45,018 nt of DNA, taken from a virus. Location of the stretch: IMG/VR virus record IMGVR_UViG_3300023208_000002; one strand, given 5' to 3'. The position numbers and the translations under genes are program-made. The notes beneath the pieces were generated by a model that worked only from the letters and a program-made list of their open reading frames with translations, did not search any database and was not told the DNA's origin. Positions 7,988 through 17,037 of the stretch are shown in pieces. The first letter of the stretch is position 1; each line of letters opens with the position of its first letter.

Positions 7988-8044
7988 TGTGCTTAACTAC
8001 CTTTAGCGGGGGAAAGTCGCAAACCTTGGCGATTGTTAAGCACA
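7988..8044 (+). other. Long-stem hairpin between dut and the HNH gene
   Basis: 10-bp stem tgtgcttaac / gttaagcaca encloses 37 nt with two competing small hairpins; no following T-run. Confidence 0.4.
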
Positions 8045-8077
8045 TAAATTCAAGGGTTAGCTTAAAGGAAGCTATTT

Positions 8078-8518
8078 ATGAAAGTTGACAATAGACACAA
8101 AATTATTGGTGGAAAGCACAGAGCTCTATCTAGATTTTACATGATATAAAATAGAATAAAGGATCAAAAAAATCCTAAAAACAAGAAGTATGAAAATATG
8201 GATTTTTCATTAGATAAAGATGAATTTGTGGAATGGTTTATGCAAAGAGATTACAAAGGTTGTAGTGTTGATAGAATTGATAACTCAAAAGGTTATCATA
8301 TGGATAATATTCAAATAATACCAACAAGAAGAAATATACAAAAAGATAAGACAAAAATTCTTGATGGTAAAAGATGGTGTTATTCATGCAAGGAATACAA
8401 GGAATTTAGTGAAATGTGTACAAGTAACCGTATTGAGTGCGGAACTTCAACCTTATGTTCAAAATGCAATTATGCAAGAAAAAAAGATTATTTAAGTAGG
8501 AAGAAGAGCAGTGCTTGA
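8078..8518 (+). pseudogene. HNH homing endonuclease gene interrupted by one in-frame TAA (8147-8149)
   Basis: ATG 8078 is in the same frame as ORF 8198..8518 (offset 120 nt). Read-through gives ...KHRALSRFYMI*NRIKDQKNPKNKKYENMDFSL...GCSVDRIDNSKGYHMDNIQIIPTRRN, an HNH_3-type pattern. Confidence 0.55.
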
Positions 8519-8741
8519 TAAATTTGCAAAGTCATTGGGTTTTCTTGGTGTAGATGCATCTAACATGAATTATCAAACTTGTGAAAAGAATCATTATAAG
8601 TTTGAGGATGAAAATATAGATAAGCAATGGCGGTGCTTCTATGCTTTTTATAAAAGCGGATCTGAAGAAGGTTACAAGCGCGGATGGAATGCGGCTTGTG
8701 ATGAATTTGGCGCTACAGCAATTAGACTAATCAATAAATAA
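8511..8741 (+). CDS. Hypothetical protein (76 aa, GTG start)
   Basis: Last ORF of the rightward operon, before terminator 8747-8768. Confidence 0.45.
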   Translation: MLDKFAKSLGFLGVDASNMNYQTCEKNHYKFEDENIDKQWRCFYAFYKSGSEEGYKRGWNAACDEFGATAIRLINK

Positions 8742-8746
8742 AGACA

Positions 8747-8768
8747 AGCCCCGTAATGGGGCTTTCTT
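8747..8768 (+). terminator. Intrinsic terminator at the convergence point of the two transcription directions
   Basis: agcccc-gtaat-ggggct followed by TTTCTT. Confidence 0.7.
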
Positions 8769-8833
8769 AATTCACGCATTGAACGCAAACAACAACGTGA
8801 ATATTGTTTTTGATTGAATGGGCGGTGCAGCCA

Positions 8834-9442
8834 CTACAAACTACGCAAAGCGCGCTCAAAAATAAGAGCGATTTCAGCAATCTTTTGCGCTTTATCCGAT
8901 CCATTAATGATTCGTCTTGCACTAACATAATCCTTTTTAGATTGATAGATATAGTCAGATAGTTTTTTACCAGTAAACCAGCCTTCTTTCATTCCAGTTA
9001 AAAGAATTTGGATTGCATATTCTTTTTTCATAACATCATCCGGATTTGACAAAAAGTCATGTCCTAGTTTTTTGGAAGCCTTCTCATAGTTATCAAACCA
9101 AGTAAGCTGAACGTAGCCGCGACCATAATACAAATGCGGGTAGGATTCTTGCAAATAAGCCGTAGTCTTTGACCCATCTTTGAAGGTGTACAGTTGATCT
9201 TTACTATTTTTGTACCATGTTCCATAAGGTCGACCTTTCCCTTTTCCATATTCAGAAATAGGTAGCATGGTTTTTGCTGTTTCCCACCATGTTGTTGCTA
9301 ATACATATGCACCTTGTGAATAAGATATAGACTTGTCTTTATCCATCGCATCAACAATAAAGTTAATTTCAGCAACTTGGCTTTCTGTTAGCCTTCCTAG
9401 AGAGTCTCTAAGAATGGCGAATCCACCTTTAGTCATTTTCAT
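8834..9442 (-). CDS. Endolysin, glycoside hydrolase family 19 (chitinase-like) type
   Basis: YYGRGYVQLTWFDNY is a GH19 signature. The C-terminus ...RRIINGSDKAQKIAEIALIFERALRSL matches my memory of the Acinetobacter LysAB2/PlyAB1 endolysin class. Confidence 0.85.
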   Translation of the reverse strand: MKMTKGGFAILRDSLGRLTESQVAEINFIVDAMDKDKSISYSQGAYVLATTWWETAKTMLPISEYGKGKGRPYGTWYKNSKDQLYTFKDGSKTTAYLQESYPHLYYGRGYVQLTWFDNYEKASKKLGHDFLSNPDDVMKKEYAIQILLTGMKEGWFTGKKLSDYIYQSKKDYVSARRIINGSDKAQKIAEIALIFERALRSL

Positions 9443-9704
9443 GCTTCTTCACCTTTAAATATTCATGGATAAAAAGAATTGTTAAACAACCAAGACCTAA
9501 GCGGACTAATATTTCAGCATCTTGCATGTGACCATAAAAATCTTTGCCTTGTAGTGTATTGATGAACATTGCAGTAACACCAATAGCAAGGATAAACATG
9601 ATTACGTCAACATGTACGGGAAAGCTAATCTTGGGATGGAATACCACAAACATTAAACTGCCAGTAATCAAGAAAAAGCTTAAGTAATTAAGAAACGTCA
9701 TCAT
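9429..9704 (-). CDS. Membrane protein of the lysis cassette (holin/antiholin candidate)
   Basis: 91 aa with three hydrophobic helices; overlaps both the holin candidate and the endolysin gene. Confidence 0.5.
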   Translation of the reverse strand: MMTFLNYLSFFLITGSLMFVVFHPKISFPVHVDVIMFILAIGVTAMFINTLQGKDFYGHMQDAEILVRLGLGCLTILFIHEYLKVKKHEND

Positions 9705-10023
9705 CGAGCTTCACTCCCGTTTTAGATTCAATTTCTACCTTACTACGCTTTTCGATAGCTTTAATTAGCATTTTTGCTAACGTAATGCCACCCATGCCAT
9801 AAATAAAGCCAAAAACTTCGACACCGCTCCCACTTGCTAAAAGATTGGCAGTAGGTGTTGAAAGTGCTGCACACAGTATAACACCAACAATCCAGCTAAT
9901 AACTCGTTCAGCTAATGGCTTGCCAGAAGGCACTAGAGCGGTGACTGTTGCTCCAGCCACCCCCATAAATATGACGCCTACGTGCGCTTTTAGCCACTCT
10001 AGAATCATGTTAATAAAATCCAC
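9688..10023 (-). CDS. Holin candidate
   Basis: 111 aa with 2-3 TM helices and a charged C-terminus (KRSKVEIESKTGVKLDDD); first gene after terminator 10065-10080. Confidence 0.55.
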   Translation of the reverse strand: MDFINMILEWLKAHVGVIFMGVAGATVTALVPSGKPLAERVISWIVGVILCAALSTPTANLLASGSGVEVFGFIYGMGGITLAKMLIKAIEKRSKVEIESKTGVKLDDDVS

Positions 10024-10064
10024 TATAGATTCACCCTATATAAGTTTTACTTATAATAACAAAA

Positions 10065-10080
10065 AACCCCCGAAGGGGTT
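10065..10080 (-). terminator. Intrinsic terminator after the tailspike gene
   Basis: aacccc-cgaa-ggggtt followed on the minus strand by a T-run (TTTTGTT). Confidence 0.75.
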
Positions 10081-10106
10081 AATTTTGGTTGATTTTTATG
10101 GGTGCT

Positions 10107-12149
10107 TTATGCCAATTTTACCAAGCCTCTACATTGATATGTTGTTGTGTTGTTTGAGTTCTTTATTCCATTCAGAACAACAACTACAACACCTCCAACA
10201 TTTTCTACGGTTACTGTTGGGGTAAATGTTGTGAATCCGCTATATTCAATCGTCCCTGCTGTTCCAAAGAATTTTCCAAAGATACGACTATTTGTGTCAA
10301 CGGTATTCAACAATAAAGCAAAATCCCCTCTCACAAACTCACTATAAGCAATACAAGTTGTAATTCTTACACTAAATGTATTATCAGCTTGTAATGCGCC
10401 TGCCGTATGTGTGCAAAATGGAATTACGTTAGTTTTGTTGGATATTGGGTATTTCCCGAAATAAACATAAGGAACTGTAGTCCCCATATACGACTTAGCT
10501 TGCAGCATGTTTGCGCCAGATGCATTGTCGTATACTGTAACCATCTGCTCAGAAATACCATTTGCAGTTGCAAAACCTGTATTTTTGTTTGTGGTTGTCC
10601 CTGATGGGGTGTTGTCGGCTGGATATGTGGCATTATAAGCCTTAAATGAGTTTTCAGCTTGAGAAAACAATCTAAATGCCGATGTTGCCCCCTCTGACCT
10701 AGAGCCAATAGTGCCTCGCCATCTGTTTTGAAACTCCCTCATGTATCCACTTGCGTTTGTTGCAAGGATTCCAGTGGTACAATTGTTGATAAAGTTGTTT
10801 CTGAATTCTGCACCAATAACAACTGAGCCGCTTACATCAAGAACAACTCCACAATTTTCAAAGTAACAAGCATGAATATCTGGCTCTTCAAGCTCACCCC
10901 TTATTCTTAATGCTGTTTCACACGATTCAGCATCCAAGTGGCTAAAATCTGTAGACTGTGCAGAATAAAATGTGTATGCAAGAGGTGCGCTTGAGCATTG
11001 AATGGTTTCAATGTTGATCATTCCATTCAGTGTCCACAAATCATAAGCTGGCGTTCTCTGATCAACAGGTAATCCAGAACCAAGCCCGCAATGATCGGCA
11101 TAAGATTGCCTGAATGTGCAAAAGTAGTGCTCTCTGCTCCAGAGATGCTGGTCGCAATCTCTACTCCGAACATCTTCTATTGCACACCCTTGTGTCATCC
11201 CACGCAGTCGCATTGATGCTTTACAATACCTAAATCTAAAACCTCGTATTTTAGTGTTTGTGAGGAATTTAGTGTTTTCTGGCTTATCATAAAGAGGAGT
11301 AAGGACTCCATTTACATAATAGCCAGTATAAAAAATATCATTTGCTCTACCGTTTCCAAAAATCTGAGCGCCATTCCCTACAACTTCTGTAAAATCAGGA
11401 ATGATAACTGGTGTAGCAATATAGTGTTTTGCCAGTGAATCAAATTCAATTACACACGGATTTTCTTTGTAATATGCAACAACATTTTGTATCGCTGGCC
11501 CGTCATCTGTACCTTTATTGGTTTGATCAACATAATCAGCTTTAGCTCCACCCATATACGGAGTTAACACTGAGTTGGTTAGCACTCTAACCCATCCATT
11601 AAAAATTACAACACCATCATTTATTGATGATTTTGATGAGTCGTAAACAAACCAACCCCCACCCTTACCAAGCCCACTATGATATGACAAAACATTGGCA
11701 ATATCGCCATCCTTTGGATTTTGAATGCTAAGGAGTGATGAAATTGATTCTGTTGTTGCGATACCCCCTTTCCTAACCCACCCATTCATGTTTGAATTTG
11801 GATTATTAACATTATTGGCAATTGTTGATTGAACAATATCACCATTAGAGAGCATAACGCGGGCATTTAATGGATAACCGCCAATAGTATCGGCGAAGGA
11901 TTGATCAAATTCATAAGGCAGTCCCTTATTTAAGTGAACAATATGCTGACCATACAAATTTAGGATACCATTAAAATCATTTCGCTCAGGAGGAATACCG
12001 CCCTCAGAAATCTTTTGTTGGGTGACTGGCGGGAAGCCAGCATCATTGGAAGCTAGTTGAGGTTTTGTTGGGTCAGTGTTTACGTTGGGGATAATGTTTT
12101 TATCGCCATTTTCAGCGAATGGGGTTGTAACAAGTGTTGGATTGGTCAT
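10107..12149 (-). CDS. Tailspike / receptor-binding protein with probable beta-helix polysaccharide depolymerase domain
   Basis: 680 aa. It has a fibre-type N-terminal anchor (GGIPPERNDFNGIL...GGYPLNARV...NNVNNPNSNMNGW). The central part is rich in short beta-strand repeats with many Cys, Asn and Gly. It is the last structural gene. Confidence 0.7.
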   Translation of the reverse strand: MTNPTLVTTPFAENGDKNIIPNVNTDPTKPQLASNDAGFPPVTQQKISEGGIPPERNDFNGILNLYGQHIVHLNKGLPYEFDQSFADTIGGYPLNARVMLSNGDIVQSTIANNVNNPNSNMNGWVRKGGIATTESISSLLSIQNPKDGDIANVLSYHSGLGKGGGWFVYDSSKSSINDGVVIFNGWVRVLTNSVLTPYMGGAKADYVDQTNKGTDDGPAIQNVVAYYKENPCVIEFDSLAKHYIATPVIIPDFTEVVGNGAQIFGNGRANDIFYTGYYVNGVLTPLYDKPENTKFLTNTKIRGFRFRYCKASMRLRGMTQGCAIEDVRSRDCDQHLWSREHYFCTFRQSYADHCGLGSGLPVDQRTPAYDLWTLNGMINIETIQCSSAPLAYTFYSAQSTDFSHLDAESCETALRIRGELEEPDIHACYFENCGVVLDVSGSVVIGAEFRNNFINNCTTGILATNASGYMREFQNRWRGTIGSRSEGATSAFRLFSQAENSFKAYNATYPADNTPSGTTTNKNTGFATANGISEQMVTVYDNASGANMLQAKSYMGTTVPYVYFGKYPISNKTNVIPFCTHTAGALQADNTFSVRITTCIAYSEFVRGDFALLLNTVDTNSRIFGKFFGTAGTIEYSGFTTFTPTVTVENVGGVVVVVLNGIKNSNNTTTYQCRGLVKLA

Positions 12150-12150
12150 G

Positions 12151-13002
12151 TTAATATCCTATTGCAAGCCATGAAATACCAACATTCTGTGTTGTTGGCG
12201 TGTATTCGTATAAGTAAGCGGTAAATCCAGTTCGACTTTTTGTTAAAACAGATGCAAATGCATTTGGATTGCTGCCGCCAGTTGCGTCTGGTGTTAATTG
12301 TAGATTTAAGCATGCATTCGGGAATGCTGTTGCAAATGATACACTAACAGGTGATCCACTTGATGAAATATCCTGATTTGGGGTTTTTCCCCATTTTATA
12401 ATCAAGTTTGAACCACCAAAAGGAATTTTAACCTCTCCTGTTGTCCCAAGGCTTGATGTAAACTTCAAAAATATATCGTTTAACGATTTTCCTTGTGCGG
12501 CACTTAAAGCAGATCCAACATCATTACTATTTAAGACATTTAAAACCTTTGTAATGCCTGCGGTTGTGCTTGTTGCAGTTGGAATGCTTCCTTGTCCACT
12601 GTAAACCTCCCAAGCTCCACCAAGACCATTATTCGGGTTTACCGTGTTGTTAGCTACAAGGCTTCTAAACTCTTTGGTAGTGTCATTAGATTGAACAATT
12701 GCGCCCAATGCGTAGCCGCCAAATTCATCCACAACATCTTGAGACCAAGCATAACGGTTGCCATTTTGTCCATAAATCACATGCTCAGACAAAGCATTAA
12801 AAACACCATTTACATCTTGACCCTTTGGTGCTTTACCACCATCTTCGATTTTAGTCATAGTAATTAAGGGAGCGCCCTCATTCCATGTAAAATCTTCTGG
12901 ATCTTGACCAACTTGCCGAACCTTTTGAATAAGGTTCTTAATTCCGTTAGCAGCAAATGCTATCGGGATAAAAATAGGATTAGCCACTATAGAAAACTCC
13001 AT
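12151..13002 (-). CDS. Tail fibre protein (second receptor-binding protein)
   Basis: 283 aa. The N-terminal ~135 aa are homologous to the tailspike N-terminus (GGKAPKGQDVNGVF...GGYALGAIV...NNTVNPNNGLGGAW). Confidence 0.7.
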   Translation of the reverse strand: MEFSIVANPIFIPIAFAANGIKNLIQKVRQVGQDPEDFTWNEGAPLITMTKIEDGGKAPKGQDVNGVFNALSEHVIYGQNGNRYAWSQDVVDEFGGYALGAIVQSNDTTKEFRSLVANNTVNPNNGLGGAWEVYSGQGSIPTATSTTAGITKVLNVLNSNDVGSALSAAQGKSLNDIFLKFTSSLGTTGEVKIPFGGSNLIIKWGKTPNQDISSSGSPVSVSFATAFPNACLNLQLTPDATGGSNPNAFASVLTKSRTGFTAYLYEYTPTTQNVGISWLAIGY

Positions 13003-13606
13003 TATTAAAGTTGCTTAAATCTGAGCCATTAAAGCCAAGTGTTTGATCGACAGCTACCTCTTTATATGATATTCCAACACCTGAAGGCATTGGCAACATT
13101 TTGAGAGTGTACACAATAAGTCGATCAAATGGCGTTAGTGCAAACTCAAAAACATATTCGGCCGACATGTGGCCTATAATATCGTAATAAGCCTTGCGAC
13201 CATCAAAAACCATTAGCAAAAACTTATTAATATTCCATGCGGTTGCATAGAGGATATTTGAAGCTGCTTTGATGATAATTAGCTTTCTTAGGTCTGCATC
13301 AGTTAAACGATAAGAAGCAAACGCACCGCCATCAGAAAAAGGGTAGGTATTGAATGGCTGGTAATCTGGCTGAAATCCCCATGTTTTTGCATTTGGATCT
13401 GCTGTTTTAGCAAACCGAGAGACGCCAACTTTATCTGCCCAAATATCTAATCCAAAGCCTTCTGCGCTAGATAGTCGATAAACCTTTTCATAAAAATCAT
13501 CAATAAAATATTGAGGATCTATTACTTCATTAATGCCATCAATAAGCGCTAATATTGTGGGGCTGTGTGCGTACTGCGACATTATCGTATCTTTAATATT
13601 CTCCAT
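12980..13606 (-). CDS. Baseplate protein (DUF2612-like, P2 gpI / Mu gp48 position)
   Basis: N-terminal IMSQYAHSPTILALIDGI pattern; positioned after the baseplate-J gene. Confidence 0.55.
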   Translation of the reverse strand: MENIKDTIMSQYAHSPTILALIDGINEVIDPQYFIDDFYEKVYRLSSAEGFGLDIWADKVGVSRFAKTADPNAKTWGFQPDYQPFNTYPFSDGGAFASYRLTDADLRKLIIIKAASNILYATAWNINKFLLMVFDGRKAYYDIIGHMSAEYVFEFALTPFDRLIVYTLKMLPMPSGVGISYKEVAVDQTLGFNGSDLSNFNNGVFYSG

Positions 13607-14790
13607 TAGCTTTCCTCAATAGAAATTCTAAAAGAATTTAAAGATGGGTATTGATCAATGCCAACAGGGATTTCATCAACCCATGTGGCATTGTCTGTAC
13701 TTGCCACAATTCCTTTTAATCCAATCTTTGGCATGCCACAAATATAATCAGCAGGAATAAAATCCTTACCAATACGAACCTTATTTTCACCAGACGCGGC
13801 GCTATTCAAAATATGATTAATAACTTCTTGTTCAATGGTGTAAGAAATCGCATCTTTATCTTTAACGATAACTTTTACCCAAATATCAAGAAAATCAGGG
13901 CGTAAAATTTTGATTGGGTATTGTGGTGGGTTAGATGGATAATCCTCAGCAATTACTGTCACGTCTGTATTGCCATTCCAAGAGCAGCCAGTGCCAGCTT
14001 TAATAAAAGCAGCTTTTGCCACATCATAATCATTGCCACCAACAACGGAAACACAGATAGAATTGCGGATTAACGGATAATTTGTTGAGCCTACTGTTAC
14101 AGTAGCATCAGTTGGATTTGAAATTACATAAGCATCCACAACATCACGAACCGCCAGAACTGCGCCAAGTGTAGCTGAATCAGTCATTTTCGAATTGATT
14201 GCTACAGACTCTTTTCGGCGCACCTCAAAATCGACACGGCTTTCTTCATCATACCCCATTACCGCACTATCTTCATTGTAAACACGGTCAAGACCATTTA
14301 TAGACGTTGGAATAACAACAATAGAATTTGGCAATGCTTCGATTGCTCCAGCTTCATCACAAGTTACTGTAATCGTCACTTTGCCATTTGAACCAATATT
14401 ATAAGTCCCATTAGTTCGCCAAGTTCGACCAGATAAGTCTTGAACGGCAAATCCTTCTGGTATTGGCGCACCAGACAAACCCTCAAACACAACAGGGCAT
14501 TGAGAGCGGGTAGCAAGCTTTCTTGTTAAAAAATAAAGCTCACCTATCGCATCCTGAAAAATACCTTGTGCGTATCGCGGATCATATTGATTGGCTAAAT
14601 AAACAAGCATGTCGTAACAATCTTTAATTACAGCAGTCCATGACGTATTTAATTGATATTGGGGTGAACCTTGAACACGAGAAACATTACCCCCGAAAGA
14701 GTCGTCAATCATTTCCCATGTTCCGTTGTTAATGCTTTCAGTGTCGGGGACTGAATATCCGACATCAGTTATTTCTATCTTTGGGATCAT
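13606..14790 (-). CDS. Baseplate J-like protein
   Basis: 394 aa; size and position between the W/gp25-like and DUF2612-like genes. Confidence 0.65.
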   Translation of the reverse strand: MIPKIEITDVGYSVPDTESINNGTWEMIDDSFGGNVSRVQGSPQYQLNTSWTAVIKDCYDMLVYLANQYDPRYAQGIFQDAIGELYFLTRKLATRSQCPVVFEGLSGAPIPEGFAVQDLSGRTWRTNGTYNIGSNGKVTITVTCDEAGAIEALPNSIVVIPTSINGLDRVYNEDSAVMGYDEESRVDFEVRRKESVAINSKMTDSATLGAVLAVRDVVDAYVISNPTDATVTVGSTNYPLIRNSICVSVVGGNDYDVAKAAFIKAGTGCSWNGNTDVTVIAEDYPSNPPQYPIKILRPDFLDIWVKVIVKDKDAISYTIEQEVINHILNSAASGENKVRIGKDFIPADYICGMPKIGLKGIVASTDNATWVDEIPVGIDQYPSLNSFRISIEES

Positions 14791-15140
14791 AAGCCCACTA
14801 CTCCGCTAAGATTTTTATCATTCGTAAACTCAATAGATCCAGATGCTACACGATCCTTATCTAAAGCCAATTTTACATTAACTGATACTACACCAGAAAC
14901 AAGCAGGGATCTTTCTTGTAAATGGCGTTGATATAAAGATATTGGATAGCCAAATTTGCCCATGATTGACTCTAAGTAAGGTATGCCATCATTCTTGTTG
15001 TAATAATCATCTCCAAGAAAAACACGGCATGAACACGCAATATCTTGCGCTTGCTGGTATTCTTCAGTAGCCACAGCAATATTTCCTTGTGTGTCTAAAG
15101 CTAAATCCCAAGTTTTCGGATTTAAGAACATTGTTTTCAT
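14787..15140 (-). CDS. Baseplate wedge protein (gp25/gpW-like)
   Basis: 117 aa. WDLALDTQGNIAVATEEYQQAQDIACSCRVFLGD pattern; positioned before baseplate J. Confidence 0.5.
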   Translation of the reverse strand: MKTMFLNPKTWDLALDTQGNIAVATEEYQQAQDIACSCRVFLGDDYYNKNDGIPYLESIMGKFGYPISLYQRHLQERSLLVSGVVSVNVKLALDKDRVASGSIEFTNDKNLSGVVGL

Positions 15141-15283
15141 AAAATATTCACCCCCATGATATTTAGTACGATCAACAAGGTGAAAAATGCCGCCACTGCA
15201 TAAGCAATACTTCTTGCTGAATGCAAAACAATAAATGCTGCCACAAAACCAATAAAGAACCAGAATAACTCATGTAATTGCAT
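15137..15283 (-). CDS. Small membrane protein (48 aa) not in the ORF track
   Basis: My translation: MQLHELFWFFIGFVAAFIVLHSARSIAYAVAAFFTLLIVLNIMGVNIL. ATGA overlap with the next gene. Confidence 0.4.
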   Translation of the reverse strand: MQLHELFWFFIGFVAAFIVLHSARSIAYAVAAFFTLLIVLNIMGVNIL

Positions 15284-15285
15284 AA

Positions 15286-15930
15286 TTAAGCCTTTGGACC
15301 ATCTGTATCGCTAGAGCCTCTTTGAACTCCACCATGTTTATGAGTAAACAAACTAATACCTTTAGTGATTATATCAGTTAAAGATTCAATTATGCCTGAT
15401 ACTGTTAATTTTCCTGTTATGCTAACTTCAGGAGCATCAAGAACAATCTTTGAATTTGCTTTAATGTGGATTTCATCACCCTTAAACCAGATGTATTGCT
15501 CTGCTTCTTCTTTACTCCATGTCATCGTTAGAAATGCGTCCGACTGGTCGCAAATGCGATTTACGTTTGGTCCAACTCTTGATCTGGTTCGCTTTAACAG
15601 TGATGTGTCACGAGTCGCAAATACGCAAAAACCTATATCTCCAACTTGAGGGTCGCATATAACCGCATTCTTCCCGCCTTGTATTCGGTAATAAGGCACG
15701 TTATGGATTTCACCTAGTTCAAGATTGTTGTTGTCTGCGCCAATGCGATAAAGCATAGGTTTAACAGAAACAAAACCGACTGGACCATTATCATTTGAAT
15801 AAACTTCTGTTATCTCTACAACTTCACCAGTATTTAGCTCACTAGAAAGAATTGAGAGAATATTAGCCTTAAATTCTTTAGCTCCACCCAGATTATTGAT
15901 GTTAAAGCCACTAGCGTTGGACTGCTGCAT
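15286..15930 (-). CDS. Baseplate central spike (gpV / Mu gp45 / gp138-N like)
   Basis: GGAGG lies 10 nt before ATG 15930. GFVSVKPMLYRI...NVPYYRIQGG...GDIGFCVFATRD is the OB-fold spike pattern. Confidence 0.6.
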   Translation of the reverse strand: MQQSNASGFNINNLGGAKEFKANILSILSSELNTGEVVEITEVYSNDNGPVGFVSVKPMLYRIGADNNNLELGEIHNVPYYRIQGGKNAVICDPQVGDIGFCVFATRDTSLLKRTRSRVGPNVNRICDQSDAFLTMTWSKEEAEQYIWFKGDEIHIKANSKIVLDAPEVSITGKLTVSGIIESLTDIITKGISLFTHKHGGVQRGSSDTDGPKA

Positions 15931-16801
15931 CTTTCGAGTTCCTCCAAGTCGCATTTACATTCATTTGCCACTTGCCTTGTGGGATATTTGCCTCAAGTGT
16001 AGCAACAAGACCATATACGCGCCAATCTTGATTAACAACATCACCTATAATACTTTCCCTGATTTGCACAATGCCACCAAATCTAACAAGTGGATCATAC
16101 GCACAACTAAATGTTATTCCTCTTTGATCTGGTGCAGGGTAGCCAATTAAACCCGTCTTAGGCGTGATGATTGGTATCTTAACTTCCCTATCCCCACCCT
16201 TCTTGCAAATAACAATCAATCTTTGCTCGATGTACAAATCAAAGTCGCACATTTGAGCCAACTTCTCAATTTTTTCTATATTTGATCCGTTTAGTGTGGT
16301 GTCTGTTAGGATATGAGTAACCCCGTAGTTTTCAAACTCATATTGCATATCTTGCGCCAAGAATTTAACAATATCAGCCGCATCGACTTCTTCACCTTTC
16401 GGAATAGTGAATGGATCGGTAGGGCGCATTTTTTCAACTACAGCCATTTGACTTGTGATTACTAATGCTACATTTGGCGCACCATCCATATTGATTGTTG
16501 CAAAAGTGATATTCCCCTCATAAGCAACTTTTAGTGGCTGCCCTTGTTCACCAACTTCAATCTTGACCATATTTAAAATAGCTTGCATGGTATTCCATTG
16601 AATACGCATAAGCTTAATCATTGTGGAAAGTGGAAGCCCGTAGACAGTGATTTGAGCAGTCGGAGAAATAGCCCCATTACCATATGTGATATTGGTAGAT
16701 ATAGCTAAGCCCGTAGATGACAATCGGTTATCACCTTCGGCTGTAAAAGTTTGAACGCCATCTTGCAATGTTAGCGTTATTTTAATGACCTTCTTTTTCA
16801 C
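15911..16801 (-). CDS. Baseplate hub protein (P2 gpD / Mu gp44 position); GTG start
   Basis: 296 aa; sits between the tape-measure-proximal genes and the spike. Its SD GGAGG lies in the 3' arm of hairpin 16810-16826. Confidence 0.5.
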   Translation of the reverse strand: MKKKVIKITLTLQDGVQTFTAEGDNRLSSTGLAISTNITYGNGAISPTAQITVYGLPLSTMIKLMRIQWNTMQAILNMVKIEVGEQGQPLKVAYEGNITFATINMDGAPNVALVITSQMAVVEKMRPTDPFTIPKGEEVDAADIVKFLAQDMQYEFENYGVTHILTDTTLNGSNIEKIEKLAQMCDFDLYIEQRLIVICKKGGDREVKIPIITPKTGLIGYPAPDQRGITFSCAYDPLVRFGGIVQIRESIIGDVVNQDWRVYGLVATLEANIPQGKWQMNVNATWRNSKDAAVQR

Positions 16802-16809
16802 AATGAAAA

Positions 16810-16826
16810 GCCTCCGTATTGGAGGC
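16810..16826 (-). terminator. Hairpin/terminator after the 65-aa ORF; also sequesters the hub-gene Shine-Dalgarno
   Basis: Minus strand reads GCCTCC-AATAC-GGAGGC-TTTTCATT-GTG. Confidence 0.55.
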
Positions 16827-16839
16827 TAGTATAACTTAA

Positions 16840-17037
16840 TTACGATAACTTACTAATAACCTTATGAGCTAAGAACTCAAATTCTCTTCTTGTTAAGGAT
16901 TCAAGAATTTGAAATAAATTATGTCTTTTATCATCTTTTAAAACAAAGTAAAACCAATCAGAATCTTGACATATTAATTTAATATCGTCTTTCTTTGGTA
17001 AATTATCTAACAACTCAATTTCATCTAAATAGTACAT
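16840..17037 (-). CDS. Hypothetical 65-aa protein; AT-rich insertion (moron-like) in the baseplate operon
   Basis: Strong SD (ACGGAGGCAGTTATG) and its own downstream hairpin. It is visibly lower in GC than the flanking genes. Confidence 0.55.
   Translation of the reverse strand: MYYLDEIELLDNLPKKDDIKLICQDSDWFYFVLKDDKRHNLFQILESLTRREFEFLAHKVISKLS

Noticed and set aside
8771-8815. Inverted repeat attcacg...cgtgaat followed by a T-run after the convergent terminator
   Set aside because: The stem is only 7 bp with a 20-nt loop in AT-rich intergenic DNA. It may be a weak secondary terminator, but nothing distinguishes it from chance.
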